A model generated the notes under the pieces. That model was not told where the DNA came from and did not search any database. It was given only the letters and a program-made list of their open reading frames with translations. A stretch of 64,000 nt of DNA from Ostreococcus lucimarinus. Lineage: Eukaryota. The position numbers and the translations under genes are program-made. The stretch is from the NCBI GenBank assembly GCA_000092065.1, contig CP000584.1; one strand, 5' to 3'. Shown piece after piece: positions 1 through 9,521 of this stretch (within the stretch, counting starts at the first letter, position 1; every line of letters begins with the position of its first letter).

Positions 1-1
1 C

Positions 2-187
2 GACGCGTACATGCGCGAAAAGCACGCGTCGCCGAGAGCGTTTAATTTAGAGAAGGCGCGGGCGGTCCTGGATTCGCTGAAAGCGGACCACGCCAAGTTA
101 CCCGAGGCCGCGGGGCCGTTTTCGCTGCCGAAGACGTGGCCCGGGATGTCCCTGGTGCTGGAGCGGTGCGGCGATTCGTTGGAATAG
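2..187 (+). CDS. 3' end of a gene that begins upstream of the window (product unidentified)
   Basis: Frame open from the window edge to TAG at 185-187 (...LPEAAGPFSLPKTWPGMSLVLERCGDSLE*). Absent from the ORF track because it has no start in the window. Confidence 0.25.
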   Translation, partial: DAYMREKHASPRAFNLEKARAVLDSLKADHAKLPEAAGPFSLPKTWPGMSLVLERCGDSLE

Positions 188-239
188 CGAAGACCGCTAG
201 TAGTGCTAGTATTAGTATTGCATGTCGCGATATATCGCG

Positions 240-2307
240 TCACGCGCTAGGAATGAATTCGCGCGCGGAAAGGTCGAGCTTGGGGACGGCGCCTCGCTTG
301 GCGTACAGCGCTCGACCGTCGGCGGCCAGCGTCAGCGCGCGTTTGAATTCTTCGTCCGCGCCGTTGTAATCCAGCACGCTGACGATAGAGACGGCTTGGA
401 TACCCAGCGCTTTTCCTATGCGTCTTTTGGTGAGCGCAAAGATGACTGGAACATCTTTTTCTCGAGCGTCCGCGATTATTTGTCGGACACGGTCGTCGAG
501 GCCGCCTTCGCTTTCAATCTTCTCGATGTTCGGCGCGATGACGACAACCTTGCTCGTCCGCGCGTCCACGCTTTTCGCGACTTCGCGTAATCCGAAGAGC
601 AACCGCCGGCGCATCTTCGCCTTAATCTTATCGGTGTGGTACAGACGGTCCTGAAAGCGTTTGAGCGTCGAAAGGAGCGTCTTGGTCGCCTCGTTGAGCT
701 CGTCGGTGATTATTTGCTCGGCGTATCGTATGTTTAACGCGCCTTCTTCGCCGACGTACGTCTTCGCCGCTTTATTCTGCGACGCCGCTTTCTCCGCCGC
801 TTCAGGGTCGTCCCGAATCGCGAGCTTTTTCGCATGCAGTTTACCGCCGACGTGCGCGTTCCATGCTTGCTCGCCGAAGCACTTCACGTCGCACACGTCA
901 CACGTTCGAGTCTCCTGCTTCACCTTGGCCGACTTTGGCTCTGGTTCGCCTTTCAGAACGTCCAGCAAACTTCGCACGCCCCACACCCCGGCCGGTGCAC
1001 GCGCTTCGATGATGTCGAGCTTCTGTTGTACGCTGTGCTCGTCGGCGTTCTCGCCCTCTGCTGCGGCGGATTCGTCCGACACATCTTCATCCGAATCATC
1101 GTCCGAGTCTGCATCCATGCACATGAAATTCACACCAACAGAGTGATTCGTCTCGTCGTACGTCAGAAGCACATACACCCAGTCGACGCGAACCTCGATC
1201 TCGACTTCCACTTCCTCTTCGACGATCTTCTTTGATTCTTCCTCTCGCCGCGTTGTGCGCTCTCGAAGAATTATCTTTTTCAGCGTCGATTGCTTCTTTT
1301 TCTTCCCTTCTCGTCGCGCTTTGCCGCGTTTGGGCACCATGCCCGTCGACGTCGCCATGTTTGTGCTTCTAATCATCTGCTGCTCTTTACCCTCTGCCCT
1401 CGCGTTCTTCGCCGGCTTGTCCGTCTTGAAGTACGTCGCGAGAGAGTTCACCATGCTATTCGAAGTCTTCGTCTTAGAAGACACCAAGTCGCCTAAGTTC
1501 AGCGACACACGATTGACTTGCGTATTGGCCGTCGGTATAATTCCAGCAGCGATCTGCGCCGCCTCTAGAACCTTCGCCTCGGGATTATTCAAACCGTAAT
1601 GCGAAGCGCCGATGTGCTGCTCCAACGCGTCGTACGCCTTGAACGCGCGTCCACACACCTGACACCGAACTTTGCCGAACTTATCCATCACCGACCGCCT
1701 CGACTCGCGATGAAGTAACTCTGCGGTGATGATGGGAAGTTTCGGCGCTAAGGCTTTCGTCGTCGAGACTTGTCGCTTCCCCGTGGGCGCCGCGCGCCGC
1801 GATTCAGACGCCATGATATCCCGTAAACTCGTCCCACCCTCGCGCGTCAATGCCCCGGCGCGCGCTATCGGCGCCGGTTCCGATGTCATCATCTTGACCG
1901 GCTTCACGTTCCACGCCGGCACGCTCGGCGCCGGCGCGGGCGGCAACAACGCAGGCTTCGCCTTCGTCTCGTCCGCCGTCGCGTCGACGCTCTTCGTCTT
2001 CGTCTTCGTCTTCGCCTTCGTCTTCGCCGCGTCTGTCCCGTCTCGCCCATCCCCTTTCCCGCGCTGCTTCATTCTAACGACATCATCGACGTCGCATCGC
2101 ATGCGCCCCTCGTCCATTCTCTCGCGCCGCCACGCCGCGCACTTCGCGACGTCGTCCTCGCTCGCGCCTCGAGCAAACTTGCTGCACCGCGTCCCCTTCC
2201 CCTCGACGACGTGCGCCGTCGCCGCGAACGCCGCGAACACGCGCTGATTCGCCTCGACGTAGTCGTAGATGAGAGCCGCGCTCGCGTCGTCGTACGTCCG
2301 ACCGTCG

Positions 2308-2344
<37 letters not shown>

Positions 2345-2381
2345 GTCGCACGTTGAGCCCGACGAGGACGTTCATCGGCAT
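240..2381 (-). CDS. L7Ae-fold RNA-binding protein, SECIS-binding-protein-2 (SBP2)-like, with two U1/matrin-type C2H2 zinc fingers
   Basis: ORF 240..2975. The C-terminus (LLFGLREVAKS...KVVVIAPNIEKIESEGGLDD...DVPVIFALTKRRIGKALG...VLDYNGADEEF) matches the SBP2 L7Ae K-turn-binding domain from memory. Two CxxC-x12-H-x5-H fingers (CDVCDVKCF..H..H; CQVCGRAF..H..H). The first ~198 codons of the ORF are a poly-Asp/low-complexity overlap with the divergent neighbour, so the start is set at ATG 2381 (alternative 2117). Confidence 0.6.
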
Positions 2382-2543
2382 CGCGCGCGCTTTGCGCGAG
2401 CATACGGCCTCGATCGCCGCCGCGGTGACGTCCACGGACGCGCGCGAGTGTCCATCGACGCACAGCGCGCTCGCGATGTCGCGCGCGCGCGTCATCGCGC
2501 GCGCGCGTCGACGTGTGCCGTCACTCGTCGTCGCGTCATCGCG

Positions 2544-3485
2544 ATGATGGACGCGTTCGGCGCGCTCGTCCGCGCGTCCTGGGCGCCGATCGCGCGCGGT
2601 GCGCTCGACGGCGTCGAGCTCAACGACGTCGACGTCCTGGTCGTCGCCGAGTGCGCGGCGTTCGCGGCGTGGTGCCTGCTCGGGTCTTGGGTTTGGAAGA
2701 CGTACAGCTTCGTCGACCAACTTTGGAGCGTGACGCCGGTCGTGTACGTCGCGACGTACGCGTATCACGGCGTCGGCACGGCGGCGCGGGCGCGGTTGAC
2801 GCTCATGCTGGGATTGGCGCTGCTGTGGGGGGCGAGGCTGACGTATAACTTTGCCAGGAAGGGTGGTTACGCCGGAGAGGAGGATTACCGCTGGGGCGAG
2901 TTGCGAAAGAATAAACTGTTGCGTAATCCGATCGTCTGGCAGCTGTTCAACGTGTCGTTCATCGCGGTGTATCAAAACGTGTTGTTGCTATTGATCGCCC
3001 TGCCCGCGGCGGTGGCGTATCGATCGAAAGAGGCGCTGGCGTGGCGCGGCGCCGACGGCGTCGCGCTGTGCGCGTGGACGGCGGCGTTTCTCGTCGAAGT
3101 CGCCGCGGATGAGCAGCAGTGGCGGTTTCAACGCTCCAAGCGCGGGTTGGCGCGCAAGGTGAAGGGGTGGAAAGAGGATTACGAGCGAGGGTTCTTGACG
3201 CACGCGCTGTTCGCGTGGTCGCGACACCCGAATTTTTGGGCCGAGCAGACGATGTGGGTGAGCTTTAGCGGCTTCGCCGCGGCGAGCTTAAAGTCCAAGG
3301 CGTTCTTCACGCCCGCGCTCATCGGACCGATTCTGTTGATACTGCTGTTCCAAGGCTCGACGTCGTTCACCGAAGCCATCACGGGGAAAAAGTACCCGGA
3401 TTACAAGGCGTACCAAGACGCGACGAGTCGGTTGCTCCCGCTGCCTCGTCGCCGCGCTTTGCCGCCGCCGACGAAGAAGGATTAA
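2544..3485 (+). CDS. DUF1295 / steroid-5-alpha-reductase-superfamily polytopic membrane protein
   Basis: ORF 2211..3485. The real start is probably MMDAF at 2544, since upstream codons are poly-Val/Arg junk. Multi-TM profile and the HPNFWAEQTMWVSF motif (HPNY-type box of DUF1295/ICMT-like reductases). Confidence 0.6.
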   Translation: MMDAFGALVRASWAPIARGALDGVELNDVDVLVVAECAAFAAWCLLGSWVWKTYSFVDQLWSVTPVVYVATYAYHGVGTAARARLTLMLGLALLWGARLTYNFARKGGYAGEEDYRWGELRKNKLLRNPIVWQLFNVSFIAVYQNVLLLLIALPAAVAYRSKEALAWRGADGVALCAWTAAFLVEVAADEQQWRFQRSKRGLARKVKGWKEDYERGFLTHALFAWSRHPNFWAEQTMWVSFSGFAAASLKSKAFFTPALIGPILLILLFQGSTSFTEAITGKKYPDYKAYQDATSRLLPLPRRRALPPPTKKD

Positions 3486-3557
3486 AGTCCGCGACGCGGT
3501 GCGTTCGCTCGTTTTACCCGCTAAAATCAATATTCTCAACTCCTACCGCCATGTTTC

Positions 3558-4019
3558 CTAGTGCGTTTCCGCGAGCTCTTCCTCCCGCTGTCTCGACAGG
3601 TGCAACAGCGCGTCCACCCTTCGCTCGCGCGCCGCGCGCCTCGCGTCCACCTCCGCGCTCACCTCCTCGTACCGCATCCCTCGCCCCGGCTCCCCTCCCT
3701 CTTCGATGACATCGTATTGATCGTAATTCGCGTACCCTCTCGCGATCGCCTCCCCTCGCGCGTCTCCCTCGCCCCGCGTTCGCGCCTTCGCGACGTCCTC
3801 CGTCTCCCCCATCACCGCCCGTCGCTTCGCCTCGCGCAACCGTCGCCGCCCCGGATCGTTCCCACGCCTCCCGCGCACCACGCGCGCCATCTGTCGCCCG
3901 AGCGCGCACGCGACGCCCACCCCCAGCGCGAGATACGTCAGCGCGAACATCGCCCGCATCAAATTCGCGTCCCGTTCGACGCGCATCGCCGGCGGCGGCG
4001 GCGGCGGCATCGACGCCAT
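3558..4019 (-). CDS. small single-TM protein with charged C-terminus (hypothetical)
   Basis: Only the last ~153 codons of ORF 3558..4817 look protein-like (MASMPPPPPPAMRVE...MRAMFALTYLALGVGVACALG TM helix, then a K/R/E-rich tail). Upstream codons are S/A/R low-complexity. Confidence 0.3.
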   Translation of the reverse strand: MASMPPPPPPAMRVERDANLMRAMFALTYLALGVGVACALGRQMARVVRGRRGNDPGRRRLREAKRRAVMGETEDVAKARTRGEGDARGEAIARGYANYDQYDVIEEGGEPGRGMRYEEVSAEVDARRAARERRVDALLHLSRQREEELAETH

Positions 4020-4137
4020 GTCGGCGTCGAGGACCGGCGCGACGACGTCGAGGATCGTCGCGCGGCGCGCCTCGGTCGCCGCGCGTCGACGAGTCGCGAC
4101 CGTCGGCGCGCGCCGTCGACGCGTTCGGCCGCGGCGT

Positions 4138-4203
4138 TGGTCCGTGTTAAAGTGTCCCCGTCGTGAGACTATGGTCCGTGTTAAAGTGTCCCCGTCGTGA
4201 GAC
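4138..4203. repeat. perfect tandem duplication of a ~32-bp unit (TGGTCCGTGTTAAAGTGTCCCCGTCGTGAGAC x2, 2-bp spacer)
   Basis: Direct read: 4138-4169 and 4172-4203 are identical. It lies in the divergent intergenic region between the minus ORF starting at 4019 and the RING gene (start 4378/4486). It is a relatively AT-containing island in a GC-rich context. Confidence 0.8.
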
Positions 4204-4485
4204 GACCTCGCGACGGTCGCGGTCGCGGACGCGATTCGTCGTCGCCGCGACGCGACGCGCGCCGACGCGACGCCGCGCGACGCGAGCGACGCGCGCGATC
4301 GCGCGGTCGACGCGTCGGACGCGGACGCGCGAACGACGCGCGACGCGGAAGCGGGACGAACGACGGCGGAGGATTCGATGGCGCCAGGTGGCGACGAAGC
4401 GCCGACGTCGCGCGCGCGCGACGCGCGGCGCGCGCGAGGAGCGACGCGAGGGCGAGGAGGAGGCGCGCGGCGCGCGTTCGTCGCG

Positions 4486-6183
4486 ATGGCGGTCGCGGTG
4501 GCGGTCGCGGCGGCGCGCGTGGGGGCGTCGTACGACGACGACGACGACGACGACGACAGACGAGGCGCGACGACGCTCGCCGTCGGGGGGGACGCCGAGT
4601 ACGGCGAGGTCCTGCTGCGACGCGATAAGTGGTATCGGTTCGACGTGAGCGGGACGTCGTCGGACGTCGTCGTGGAGTTGGAACGGGAGAGCGGGATACC
4701 GCTCGTGTACTTGAAGAAGGACTCGTCGTCGACGGGGGGGTGGCAAAGAATCGTGGGAGCGTACGCGGCGATCGGGAAGTCGAACGAGTGGTGGGATTTT
4801 CCGTTGAAAAGATACACGGTGGGGAATTACGGCGCGTATGGATACGTGGATGACTACAGAACGATTAAACTCGTCGGCGCGTCGGCGGGGAGGTATTATT
4901 TGCGAGTGAAAAACTTGCAGGAGACGTCGATGACGACGGGACGGGTGACGTATTCCGACGTCGCGAGGTACAAGCTCAGGGTGCGTTCGACGAGCGATGG
5001 CGTGACTCAGGCGCCGTTGTGCGCGTGGGACTGCTCGAGCCACGGGACGTGCGTGAATAGCGGCTCGGCGACCGGCGATAACACCAAATGTGAGTGCGAC
5101 GCGTCGCCGACGATAACGGGCGACGGCTTCACGTTCGCGAGCGGAAGCGCGTGCAGAGATCGTTACGGGACGTACGAGAACTTGAGATCCAAGTCCTCGT
5201 TGACGGTGTCTCCGGGACAGTTTTTGTACTTGTCGTACGACGCGTGGAATTTAGTCAGTCGATCGCAAGATTACGGCTTAGAAATAGACGTGTACTGGGA
5301 GCGCGGCGGCGATCCGTTGCTCCTGGTCAAGGCTGGTTCGCCACCGACGCTCATCGATTACGACGCGCAGTACGGTTCGTTGCGCCTGGGTTACAATTCT
5401 GTCTACCTACCGCGGCTCGCATCGAGTCAAATGTACTACTTTGCCGTCTTCAATCGCAAGTTTGACGCCAACAGTGACTGCGTTTTCAGAATATCGCTGA
5501 CGTCGGCTTCGCGGAACAGGGCGACGAACTCGCCGAACATGGTGTCCATGGCGCTCGTGTTATTCGTGAGCATGAGCTTTTGCTTCGTCGTCGCCCTCAT
5601 CAAGCGATACTTTCAGCGACGCTACTTGACCCAGTTTCGCGAGCAACGAGTGCAGCAGCTGTCGATGGAAGAATTGCGAACGCAACGCCGCAACGACCGC
5701 GACACCAACCCCGGGACACCCGAAGACATCATCTCGCAAATCGCACTGGTGGATTATCATCCCAACTTGAAGGACGGCATCCTCGCCGACGGACAAGAGC
5801 CGACGTGCACGATTTGCTTGGATGATTACGTCGAGGGAGACAAGCTGCGACGCTTCCCGCAGTGCAAACACATGTTCCATCAAGAGTGCGCGGACTTGTG
5901 GTTACACACGAGCCACACGTGCCCGAACTGCCGGGCGTCGCTCCTACCGGAAGAGAACGCGCCCGCGGCGGAGAGCGCGCCCGCGGCGGAGAGCGCGCCG
6001 ATGCCTCCCGGCGTTCCGGGTGGTGTATACGAGCTTGCACCTCTGCCTTACGCGCTTCGCGGGCAAGCGGCGCCAGTCGTAGTCGTTCACATGCCTCCGC
6101 CGCCGACGCCCGTCCGCGGCGCGGGTGGCATAGCGCCCGCAAATTCGCGTCCGTTCGACTCGAGTGAACTCCCGACCATTTAA
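4486..6183 (+). CDS. type-I transmembrane RING-H2 E3 ubiquitin ligase with EGF-like ectodomain
   Basis: ORF 4378..6183. Signal-peptide-like MAVAVAVAAARVGAS at 4486. EGF-like CAWDCSSHGTCVNSG..KCECD between two beta-rich domains. TM helix (MVSMALVLFVSMSFCFVVALI). Canonical RING-H2 CTICLDDY..C..H..H..C..C (C3H2C3). APAAES repeats at the C-terminus. Confidence 0.7.
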   Translation: MAVAVAVAAARVGASYDDDDDDDDRRGATTLAVGGDAEYGEVLLRRDKWYRFDVSGTSSDVVVELERESGIPLVYLKKDSSSTGGWQRIVGAYAAIGKSNEWWDFPLKRYTVGNYGAYGYVDDYRTIKLVGASAGRYYLRVKNLQETSMTTGRVTYSDVARYKLRVRSTSDGVTQAPLCAWDCSSHGTCVNSGSATGDNTKCECDASPTITGDGFTFASGSACRDRYGTYENLRSKSSLTVSPGQFLYLSYDAWNLVSRSQDYGLEIDVYWERGGDPLLLVKAGSPPTLIDYDAQYGSLRLGYNSVYLPRLASSQMYYFAVFNRKFDANSDCVFRISLTSASRNRATNSPNMVSMALVLFVSMSFCFVVALIKRYFQRRYLTQFREQRVQQLSMEELRTQRRNDRDTNPGTPEDIISQIALVDYHPNLKDGILADGQEPTCTICLDDYVEGDKLRRFPQCKHMFHQECADLWLHTSHTCPNCRASLLPEENAPAAESAPAAESAPMPPGVPGGVYELAPLPYALRGQAAPVVVVHMPPPPTPVRGAGGIAPANSRPFDSSELPTI

Positions 6184-6256
6184 GCCCGAGTCGAGCGAAC
6201 TTTTTACTGTGTCATCATTATTGCATATTGTTATCATTACACGTAGCGCATCTTCA

Positions 6257-7264
6257 CTATATTGTCGTATCTTCACTTTTGCGTCGCTGGCCAGTGAGCA
6301 TCGCACGCGCGCGCCGACCAAGCTCAACCAAGCTCAATCTGCGACTGACGGCGCCGGTGCCGCGAGCCGGCGAGCCGGCGAGAACCCATGGGTGTCTCGA
6401 CACCTCGCGTAACGTGATTCGCTTCTTCGGGTCGGGGTGTAGCATACGAAGAATCAGATCTTTGACCTCGTTCGATATCGATCGAGACATCGGCGCGATG
6501 TTTCCCTTCACGATGTTTTCGAGCGTCAACTTCACGGAGTTTGGGCGGTCTGGATTTTGAAATGGATATGTGCCAGTCAACATGATGTAACAAAAGACCC
6601 CGCACGACCAAACATCGCAAGCCTTCGCGTCGTACTTTGTTCGTCTCACGTTCCCGTCGCCGTCGTGCTTGTCCAGCATCTCGGGCGCCATGTAATCCGG
6701 CGTGCCGACCGCGCGCGTCGCGACGCTATCCAGGCCCTTGGCCAATCCGAAATCGATGAGTTTCAAATCTCCGTGCGGCTCGCACACGATCGCGTTCTCG
6801 GGTTTGACGTCTCGATGACACAATCCGTGATCGTGTATCATCCGGATCGCCTCCACGAGCTGCGAGAACAACCGTCTCGCCGTGACTTCGTCCAATCGTC
6901 CGCCCCGCGCGTTTATGAAATCCAAAACGTCGACCCCCCGCGCGAGTTCAAACACCAACACCAACAAATCTTCCCCATCGTTCACAACATTCATCAATCG
7001 CACGACTCGACTCGTCGACGCCATCAATTTCGTCGCGTACTTGATCTCCCTCTTCACCGCCGCCAGCGGCACCTTCACCCTCGCCCCGTCGCCGACGTCC
7101 AAGCACTTCAGCGCGACTTTTTCCCCCGTCTCCCGATCCACGCCCTCGTACACCAACGCCGTGCCACCGCGATTGATCAGCTTCGTCACCTCGTACCGCG
7201 CGTTTTTCCCCACCGTCGTCCCGCGCGCGAGTTCGTTCGCCGCCGCGCGCGTCGACCGCATCAT
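6257..7264 (-). CDS. serine/threonine protein kinase (CAMK-like)
   Basis: Complete kinase domain: GxGxxG-like NRGGTALVY, VALK, HRDVKPEN, DFGLA, GTPDYMAPE. A TTACA (=TGTAA on the minus strand) sits 16 nt downstream of the stop, at 6237-6241. Confidence 0.85.
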   Translation of the reverse strand: MMRSTRAAANELARGTTVGKNARYEVTKLINRGGTALVYEGVDRETGEKVALKCLDVGDGARVKVPLAAVKREIKYATKLMASTSRVVRLMNVVNDGEDLLVLVFELARGVDVLDFINARGGRLDEVTARRLFSQLVEAIRMIHDHGLCHRDVKPENAIVCEPHGDLKLIDFGLAKGLDSVATRAVGTPDYMAPEMLDKHDGDGNVRRTKYDAKACDVWSCGVFCYIMLTGTYPFQNPDRPNSVKLTLENIVKGNIAPMSRSISNEVKDLILRMLHPDPKKRITLREVSRHPWVLAGSPARGTGAVSRRLSLVELGRRARAMLTGQRRKSEDTTI

Positions 7265-7275
7265 CGCGACGTCGA

Positions 7276-8391
7276 TTGGTCTTCTCGGCGATGGCGCCGG
7301 GTCGCGATCCGCGTTCGTTCGACGACGGCGCGTTCGCGACGACGCGATGCGGTTCGCGACGGACGACGACGCGACGCTCGTTTCGGACGCGCGTCGCGAC
7401 GAAGGCGCTCGATCGACGCGTCGACGAAAGCGACGCGTCGACGAATCGAATCGTTCGCTCGAACGCGTCGACGTGTGGCGATCGAACCGACGCGCGTCGA
7501 CCGGCGATCGCGACGCGCGGCGACGCGATGCGGGACGCGGTGTACTACCCGGACGACGACGACGACGCGCGCGAGGACGCGCGCGAGGACGGCGCGACGA
7601 CGACGACGCGCGCGGGCGCGACGACGACGACGACGACGACGACGATCGCGACGGGCGATGCGAGCGAAGGCGATGGGAAAGCGCGCGCGACGATCGCGAC
7701 GGGCGCGCGCGAGGGAGGGGGGAGTTACACCACGCCGGGAGTGGTTCCGCCGGTGATGCCGACGCGGTTGGTGAGCGCGAGGACGTACGAGAGCGAACCG
7801 GCGAGAGGGACGCCGGTGAGCGCGATTGAGACGCGACCGCGACCGCAGACGATCGCGCGCGCGCAGGGCGGCGTGTTCGCGTTCGTGTCGCCGATGTTCG
7901 CGGACATGGATGATCCTCAAGTGCGCGCGGTGATGGAACGGGAGTTCGCGCGCGAGTTGGGGTTGCCCGAGGGCGAACTGCCGGTGGATTTGGAGCACTT
8001 CATGCTGGCGCGACAGTTGAGTCGCGTGGTGCGTTTGTTCGCGTTGATCGATATGGTGTTGTGCGTGTTGTACGCGCTGAGCGGGGTGAGCGTGATCGCG
8101 GTGTTACTCATAGGCCCGCTCGCTGGGTTCGTGGGGGCGCGCATGTACAGTCCAGGGCTCACCGCTTGTTACGTGGCGTTTTGCGTGGCGTCCATCGTTT
8201 GGCGAATTTTGAATTTCGTCTTTATGAAAAATGTCACCGCGCGCGTGCTGTCGGTGATCACCATCATCTTAGCGACGTACATCACGCGATTGGTGATTCG
8301 GTTTTATCACGTCGTGCGCGTGATACCGCTCGAGGGACAAATTTTGCTTCGGCAACTCGACTTCGCGAACTCGGCGGCGCCCGTGGTCTAA
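7276..8391 (+). CDS. hypothetical membrane protein (disordered N-terminus, 4 C-terminal TM helices)
   Basis: The long ORF ends with hydrophobic helices (LFALIDMVLCVLYAL.., AVLLIGPLAGFVGA.., VAFCVASIVWRIL.., VLSVITIILATYI). The start is uncertain: ATG 7276 lies only 12 bp from the kinase start codon, so ATG 7528 (MRDAVYY) or later is possible. TGTAA sits at 8393-8397, 2 nt after the stop. Confidence 0.5.
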   Translation: MVFSAMAPGRDPRSFDDGAFATTRCGSRRTTTRRSFRTRVATKALDRRVDESDASTNRIVRSNASTCGDRTDARRPAIATRGDAMRDAVYYPDDDDDAREDAREDGATTTTRAGATTTTTTTTIATGDASEGDGKARATIATGAREGGGSYTTPGVVPPVMPTRLVSARTYESEPARGTPVSAIETRPRPQTIARAQGGVFAFVSPMFADMDDPQVRAVMEREFARELGLPEGELPVDLEHFMLARQLSRVVRLFALIDMVLCVLYALSGVSVIAVLLIGPLAGFVGARMYSPGLTACYVAFCVASIVWRILNFVFMKNVTARVLSVITIILATYITRLVIRFYHVVRVIPLEGQILLRQLDFANSAAPVV

Positions 8392-8397
8392 ATGTAA
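8389..8397 (+). terminator. stop codon + TGTAA poly(A) signal (TAAATGTAA)
   Basis: TGTAA is the green-algal poly(A) signal and sits 2 nt after the stop of the 7276..8391 gene. Similar TGTAA elements lie at 10308-10312, 36387-36391 (overlapping the stop), 56479-56483 and 59133-59137, with minus-strand copies at 6237-6241, 8423-8429 and 56490-56494. Confidence 0.4.
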
Positions 8398-8453
8398 TTT
8401 TCAACGTACAATAGTCGATAGTTACAGCTGCTGCTACCTAAACGCCGACCGAC

Positions 8454-9446
8454 CTAACCGCGCGGTTTTTGGTGTCGTCGCCGTCCGAGCGATTTCCAGA
8501 ACGCCTTGACCTCTTTCCGCGCGTTCGGACGTCCTCGGCCTCCGCAAAACGACTCGGCGTCTTTGCCTGGCGGAACAAAGCACGCGCACGAGCCGTGTTT
8601 TTTCACCTTCTTCACGCGCTTCAACACGAACCAGCGACGGACGCGTCGTTTCGACGACGAGCCTTCGCTCGTTATGAGCTTTCGATATCCCTCTCTGTCC
8701 TCGACCCAACCGTGCGCGCAAAACGTATCCATCCACCACCGCCTCGTTTGATACGTTTCGTCTTCGTCTCCCACCGGGCTCCCACCGTCGAGCGTCTTCG
8801 CCAGCGCGAACACCATCATCGCCCCTTTCTTCGCCACGCGCGTGGCTTCGTTTATCACCGGATCGACGTTTTCTTTCGTCGCCTTCATCTCCATCTTCCC
8901 GAACGTCTCGAACGCGACGACGTAATCGAAAAACGCTCGTCGATACGGCAAGCGCCGCAACGACGCCGCCGTCGCCACGCCTTTCGCCGCCAAATCTCCC
9001 CCCCGATCGCGCGTGCGCGCGATTCTCGGATCGACGCCCACTATCTTAAACCCTCGTTCTCGCATCTCTCGCAAAAACGTGCCCGTGCCGCACGCCAGCT
9101 CCAATCCGCGCGCGTCTCGCCGCCGTCCCGCCGCCGCGCGCACGAACGCCCCCATCCCTTCGCACGCCCCGCACGTCGCCCGCATCTCCGCCTCGCCGAT
9201 CGTCACCGCGCGCGTCTCGTCATCATCATCCTCCGCTCGCCCTCGCGCGAACCACGACGCGAGCGCGGACGGCGGCGCCGGCGGCGCGCGCACGCGCGCG
9301 CCGTCCGGTCGAACGAACGTCGTCGCGTTCGCATCTTTCGACGCCGCGCGGTGCGCCCACGTCAGCGTCGCGCACGCGACGGCGACGAGGACGAAGAGCG
9401 TCGGTCGGCATCGCCTCGGGCGCGCGACGACGCGCGAGAGCGCCAT
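8454..9446 (-). CDS. class I SAM-dependent methyltransferase with N-terminal signal/anchor
   Basis: Only the 3' two-thirds of ORF 8454..9917 looks real. It starts MALSRVVARPRRCRPTLFVLVAVACATL (signal-like) at ATG 9446. Motif I LELACGTGTF followed by RGFKIVGVDP. CTGTAAC on the minus strand lies just past the stop. Confidence 0.6.
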   Translation of the reverse strand: MALSRVVARPRRCRPTLFVLVAVACATLTWAHRAASKDANATTFVRPDGARVRAPPAPPSALASWFARGRAEDDDDETRAVTIGEAEMRATCGACEGMGAFVRAAAGRRRDARGLELACGTGTFLREMRERGFKIVGVDPRIARTRDRGGDLAAKGVATAASLRRLPYRRAFFDYVVAFETFGKMEMKATKENVDPVINEATRVAKKGAMMVFALAKTLDGGSPVGDEDETYQTRRWWMDTFCAHGWVEDREGYRKLITSEGSSSKRRVRRWFVLKRVKKVKKHGSCACFVPPGKDAESFCGGRGRPNARKEVKAFWKSLGRRRHQKPRG

Positions 9447-9521
9447 CGCGGCGCGGCGCGGCGCGGCGCGAAGTGCCGTTCGGGCGCGGCGCCATTCGTC
9501 CGCGCGCGACGACGCGCCGTC

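Noticed and set aside
6557-7998. Long ORFs 6557..7756 (+), 6882..7829 (+), 7261..7998 (-) of 245-399 aa
   Set aside because: They are antisense or out-of-frame to the kinase and membrane-protein genes. They are R/D/T-rich low-complexity sequences with no motifs, typical GC-rich frame artefacts.
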